Origin: Candidatus Heimdallarchaeota archaeon B3_Heim
Lineage (GTDB): Archaea > Asgardarchaeota > Heimdallarchaeia > Hodarchaeales > Hodarchaeaceae
Assembly (NCBI GenBank): GCA_003144275.1
Contig: NJBF01000001.1
Location: 120,001-152,000, forward strand
Length of the DNA stretch: 32,000 nt
Direction: 5' to 3'
Within the stretch, counting starts at the first letter, position 1. Each line of letters starts with the position of its first letter. This document shows, one piece after another, positions 28,404 through 32,000 of this stretch. Both the position numbers and the translations under genes were made by a program. Below the pieces are notes generated by a model. The model had not been told where the DNA came from, made no database searches, and saw only the letters and a program-made list of their open reading frames with translations.

Positions 28404-28510
28404 AACCCTCTGGATATTAATTCTCTTCTTCAAGAGGAAAAATTGAATTAGTTCTTTTTAAAATAAAAAAAAGGGGAGAAAGCTTTCATTGATGCTTAAT
28501 GTGAAGCGCT

Positions 28511-28786
28511 TTATTCTTGAGACTCAGCTGAAATTGTTTCCAGTTGGGAAAGAATATTCCATATTTTAGTTCGAGCAAAAAGAGGACAATTCGGATCTTG
28601 ACTAATTTCATCCAGAATTGAGATTGCAAAATTTGCCCGTACTTCAGGTGGGTCATCTTCTTGACTATTCTTACCTGTTACCGCCATATATGCTTCCTTA
28701 GCGGCTCTTCTGATGTTCTTTGGAACACTATGATCTGATGAGATTTGCTGCAACAACATCTTTGAATTTTCAATTTTATCTTCCAT
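28511..28786 (-). CDS. UPF0147 family protein
   Basis: DHSVPKNIRRAA..AISILDEISQDPNCP..ARTKIW. Confidence 0.92.
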   Translation of the reverse strand: MEDKIENSKMLLQQISSDHSVPKNIRRAAKEAYMAVTGKNSQEDDPPEVRANFAISILDEISQDPNCPLFARTKIWNILSQLETISAESQE

Positions 28787-29156
28787 TTTTGATCACCCAG
28801 ACCTTCTAATTGAATAGAAAATAGAAATACGTAATATTCTGGCAATATAAACGGCGTCAGAGCAAAATTATTGAGCTCTGAATTCCTAGATTCTCTGTGA
28901 CGGCCTAATTAAGAAATCTAGAAAAACCTTTCTTTTCGCAAATTTCAATCCTCACCTTTTAAGTTAGATTCCCGCGATTTAACCTTTATGACTAATCCCT
29001 TATTTTATGGACAGAACTTGATTTACCAAAGAAAATGAAATGAGAGTATAAATGTGATTTTTTTCCCAAAGAAAATAGTATAAATATTTTATGAACAGCC
29101 GACCCCTTGAAGTGGAAAACTCTTTTCTAAAGAATTACACAGGAGAATCGACATAG

Positions 29157-29624
29157 TTGGAAATGGAAGCCAATGATTTAAATGGGTTTTTGATTTATGA
29201 GATCATTGCTAATAATGGAAGACTTATCTGTTCTCATTGTGGAAACAGAGTCATCTTAAATGATTTGTTTGATGAAAGAATTGTTATCGAAGTTGAAAAT
29301 GGTTATATTGGACATATTAATTGCTTATTAAAATACATAATGAAAGCTGAGCCCATTATTTCTTCAGGTTTAGCAAATGGTCTATTTTCAGAGTCTCAAG
29401 TTAGACACGACCTATTATCGAAGCCGTTTGAATCTGTTATCTTGGATATAAGTCGAGCATGTTCGTATAGAAATTTGGCAATTTCATCCCAAGCAGGAAA
29501 ATGTTCAAAATTTATAGCTGCAGAGACAAATTTAATAGAGATGCGAAACAATAACAATTTATCAGTTTTACTTGATTATATTGAAATTTCTATTCCAGAT
29601 CTTAGTGACTCCGATATCAACTAG
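29157..29624 (+). CDS. Hypothetical protein with a putative C-x2-C-x24-H-x2-C zinc finger
   Basis: CSHC..HINC and a second Cys pair; AGGAG SD upstream of TTG 29157; fills the gap before eL22. No family recognised. Confidence 0.5.
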   Translation: MEMEANDLNGFLIYEIIANNGRLICSHCGNRVILNDLFDERIVIEVENGYIGHINCLLKYIMKAEPIISSGLANGLFSESQVRHDLLSKPFESVILDISRACSYRNLAISSQAGKCSKFIAAETNLIEMRNNNNLSVLLDYIEISIPDLSDSDIN

Positions 29625-29670
29625 TAAGAGAGTACCCCAATTTAATGAAATTATATTAGGTGTGAAGAGA

Positions 29671-29910
29671 ATGAAGGTAGATCTTTCAAATATTCCAGAT
29701 GCAGAAATAATAGATGAATTAGCAAATATGATAGAAGATAAAGAGAAAATAAAGACCAAGAAAGAAGGAAAAACATTAATAGTGAAGGATCTTTCTTCTC
29801 GAAAATTAAAATTCTATACCAAAAAAGTTCTAGGTAGAAAGGACTTACCTGGAGTCTATAAAGTCGTTTCCCAAGGAGACCACTTTCTCGTTTATTTCCA
29901 AGAGCTCTAA
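29671..29910 (+). CDS. rpl22e: Ribosomal protein eL22 (L22e)-like
   Basis: LSSRKLKFYTKKVLGRKDL..YKVVS..FLVYFQEL resembles eukaryotic FSKRYLKYLTKKYLKKNNL..LRVVA..YELRYFQI. Start re-placed at ATG 29671 after AGGTG (79 aa). Confidence 0.8.
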   Translation: MKVDLSNIPDAEIIDELANMIEDKEKIKTKKEGKTLIVKDLSSRKLKFYTKKVLGRKDLPGVYKVVSQGDHFLVYFQEL

Positions 29911-29921
29911 TTTTTCGCTCT

Positions 29922-29936
29922 GAAAACGTATTATAA
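29922..29936 (+). promoter_or_regulatory. Candidate BRE + TATA box for a near-leaderless radical SAM transcript
   Basis: gaaaac directly followed by tattataa, ending 25 nt before ATG 29962; the spacing suits an archaeal promoter. Confidence 0.35.
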
Positions 29937-29961
29937 GGAATCATCCTTCGAATGGGATTTT

Positions 29962-31086
29962 ATGCATAAAAAACCTGAGAAGACCAAATGGGGAAGTACA
30001 TTTACGGGTCCATTATCAAAGGGATGTCGACAGTGCATTTCGGGAGAAAAATTAGTAGTCCTAGTCAGTACAGAATGTTCTAGTAACTGTTTTTATTGCC
30101 CCTTAAGCAATGAAAGAAAAGAAGCAAATACCTCGTTTGCCAATGAACGCCCCTTTACCAATGTTGCAGATCTCCTTGTTGAAGCACTAAATATGAAAGC
30201 TAAAGGAGCAAGTATGACGGGAGGTGACCCTCTTGAAGTGCATTCTTTTAATAAAACACTTTCTTACTGCAAGGCTTTAAAAGAGCAATTTTCGAGTGAT
30301 TTTCATATTCATGCATACACAAGAGGGAAGGATTTGAATAAGGAGTTATTAACAAGAATAACACCATTTCTTGATGAGATCCGTTTTCATGCTATTAATT
30401 TCAAAAAAGATTTTCCCATTATTCAATTAACGACTGAATTTGATATTGATGTCGGGATTGAGATTCCTGTGATTCCAACGAAAGGAATCAACCATTATAA
30501 GAAATTAATTCAGGAATTCGAGTCATTTATCCCTCAAAAAGATCATTTTTACTTTATTAATCTGAATGAACTGGAAATAAGTGAAACAAATTACCGTAAT
30601 ATTCTTTCTCATAAATTAGAAATTGATAATATCAATTTATCAGCTGTTAAAGATAGTTCTAATCTTGCAATTAAGATAGTGGAATGGGCTACCCAAAATA
30701 CAGGTATACCAGTCCATTATTGTGCTCTTGCAACGAAAGATAATGTGCAACTTCCAAACAGATTATTTCGAATAGCTATGAATACCAAACTTCCCTCAGA
30801 CGTTGTTGTGGAGGAAGGTACAGATAGAGGTCTGCTCATAAGAGGAGTTATAAAAGGGTCAGGCTATGATCTGGAAGAAGTAAAACAGTTTCTCGTATTT
30901 GAAGCTGATGTACCTGCATATTTAGTCCATATTGATTATCAAAACAATAGACTCCTTACCAATGCAGCATTATTAGAAGAAATCAGTGAAGATGTTATCG
31001 CAAAATTCCCAAAAATGCAATTAGGTATGGCAGAAGAATACCCTTCCTATGACAATTTACAAACAACTTTTATTCCTTTTATTTGA
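29962..31086 (+). CDS. Archaeal radical SAM protein (COG2108-like); function unknown
   Basis: LSKGCRQC..GEKLVV..TECSSNCFYCPLS (CX3CX2C plus an extra N-terminal CxxC), SMTGGDP, FINLNELEISETN. Confidence 0.8.
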   Translation: MHKKPEKTKWGSTFTGPLSKGCRQCISGEKLVVLVSTECSSNCFYCPLSNERKEANTSFANERPFTNVADLLVEALNMKAKGASMTGGDPLEVHSFNKTLSYCKALKEQFSSDFHIHAYTRGKDLNKELLTRITPFLDEIRFHAINFKKDFPIIQLTTEFDIDVGIEIPVIPTKGINHYKKLIQEFESFIPQKDHFYFINLNELEISETNYRNILSHKLEIDNINLSAVKDSSNLAIKIVEWATQNTGIPVHYCALATKDNVQLPNRLFRIAMNTKLPSDVVVEEGTDRGLLIRGVIKGSGYDLEEVKQFLVFEADVPAYLVHIDYQNNRLLTNAALLEEISEDVIAKFPKMQLGMAEEYPSYDNLQTTFIPFI

Positions 31087-31114
31087 TCCAAAGTATAGAG
31101 AATTGGAGACAATA

Positions 31115-31792
31115 ATGATGGATTTTCCGGAACCTAGAGTTTTACAAACCCCTCCATACGTCCAACTCGCCATTGATATCCCCTTGATTTCGAGCGTAAG
31201 AAATCTATTCGATCAAATTGCTGAAATAGCGACTTCTCGTCTCTTAATAGAAATTGGTACTCCATTTTTGAAAAATGAAGGCCTACGTTCTGTGGTACCA
31301 TTTTGCAGGGAATATTTTCCTTCTAATTATCTCATTGCAGATCTAAAAACATTGGATGTAGGAAAATTAGAGGTAAATTTAGGTTCTAAGATGGGTGTGA
31401 ATGCGTGCGTAGTCTCGGGCCTTGCTCCGATTGCTACGATAAACAATTTTATAGACGAATGTAGAAATTCAAAAGTTGATAGCTGGGTAGATACATTAGG
31501 TATATCATTTAATGATTTTAGAACAAAAGTAAAGTCATTAAAATCTTTTCCTGATGTATTGGTTATCCACAGGGGAATCGATGAAGAGAATTCTGGAAAA
31601 AAATATTCTTGGGAAATAATTAAGCTGTATAAGTCTTTAGTACCGAGTTTGATAGCTGTAGCTGGAGGGATAACTTTAAAAAATCTTCAAGAACCCCTGA
31701 AAAATGGTTCTGATATAATAATTGTTGGTAGAGCCATTTATCAAGCAAAAGATCCAACGGTTCAGCTAAAAAAGTTCCTCTCTGCACTTTGA
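31115..31792 (+). CDS. hxlA: 3-hexulose-6-phosphate synthase (OMPDC/HUMPS fold), standalone
   Basis: PPYVQLAID, IEIGTPFLKNEG, IADLKTLDVG, VVSGLAP, HRGIDEE, AVAGGI, IIIVGRAI. Start re-placed at ATG 31115 after GGAG. Confidence 0.8.
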   Translation: MMDFPEPRVLQTPPYVQLAIDIPLISSVRNLFDQIAEIATSRLLIEIGTPFLKNEGLRSVVPFCREYFPSNYLIADLKTLDVGKLEVNLGSKMGVNACVVSGLAPIATINNFIDECRNSKVDSWVDTLGISFNDFRTKVKSLKSFPDVLVIHRGIDEENSGKKYSWEIIKLYKSLVPSLIAVAGGITLKNLQEPLKNGSDIIIVGRAIYQAKDPTVQLKKFLSAL

Positions 31793-31822
31793 GACGGAAA
31801 AAAGGAACACTATTGTTATTGG

Positions 31823-32000
31823 TCATTCTATATTTGCGTGTTCAGCTCTCATGGATTCTTCTGTAATACCTAAATTGTAAGCTATTTGAGCTACACATGA
31901 ATCTAAAGTAATCGCTGCTGCATATTCGAACGCGGGGATAAAAAAGTTCAAATCTGAAATTTGACGTAATTCCACACTTACTTCCTCATGCCTTCCCTCA
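31823..32000 (-). CDS. hxlB: 6-phospho-3-hexuloisomerase, C-terminal fragment (5' part beyond the right edge; absent from the ORF track)
   Basis: Manual translation: ..FIPAFEYAAAITLDSCVAQIAYNLGITEESMRAEHANIE*. This matches the Phi C-terminus (FE..A...LD.....L...EE.M...HANLE) and is convergent with hps. Confidence 0.8.
   Translation of the reverse strand, partial: EGRHEEVSVELRQISDLNFFIPAFEYAAAITLDSCVAQIAYNLGITEESMRAEHANIE

Noticed and set aside
29568-31826. Minus-strand ORFs 29568..29759, 29651..29944 and 31620..31826
   Set aside because: Antisense to eL22, its upstream gene and hps.
1-32000. Search for rRNA, tRNA, CRISPR arrays, IS elements or integrases, and Sec/Pyl readthrough
   Set aside because: No long GC-rich non-coding tract, cloverleaf, periodic repeat, transposase/integrase motif or interrupted conserved ORF was seen by eye; tRNAscan/Infernal would be needed to exclude small RNAs formally.

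Overview
AT-rich archaeal chromosome segment, most likely from an Asgard archaeon. Heimdallarchaeia/Hodarchaeales is inferred from the ARPC4-like, eL22-like, longin and Roadblock proteins. Right half (about 15.7-32 kb) is mostly housekeeping: Zn-ribbon protein, aEF-1beta, cdc48, a small winged-helix gene, the conserved proteasome-exosome superoperon (psmA, SBDS, rrp4, rrp41, rrp42, eL43, Brix, pcc1, pfdB, DUF3194, ttuA-like), then aIF5A, NAD kinase, nob1, eL38, UPF0147, eL22, a radical SAM enzyme and the hps/phi pair. Left half (about 1-15.4 kb) is accessory and richer in novelty. It holds (i) a HerA/FtsK-type ATPase fused to an Asgard longin-like domain, convergent with a roughly 12-TM membrane protein that ends in a second longin-like domain; (ii) a B12-binding radical SAM enzyme; (iii) two divergent paralogous surface proteins downstream of a membrane-spanning double winged-helix regulator, with a divergent type IV pilin; and (iv) an Arp2/3 subunit 4 (ARPC4)-like gene directly downstream of a Roadblock gene. 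I saw no rRNA, tRNA, CRISPR array or mobile element. All family calls come from motif recognition by eye; no database search was run.
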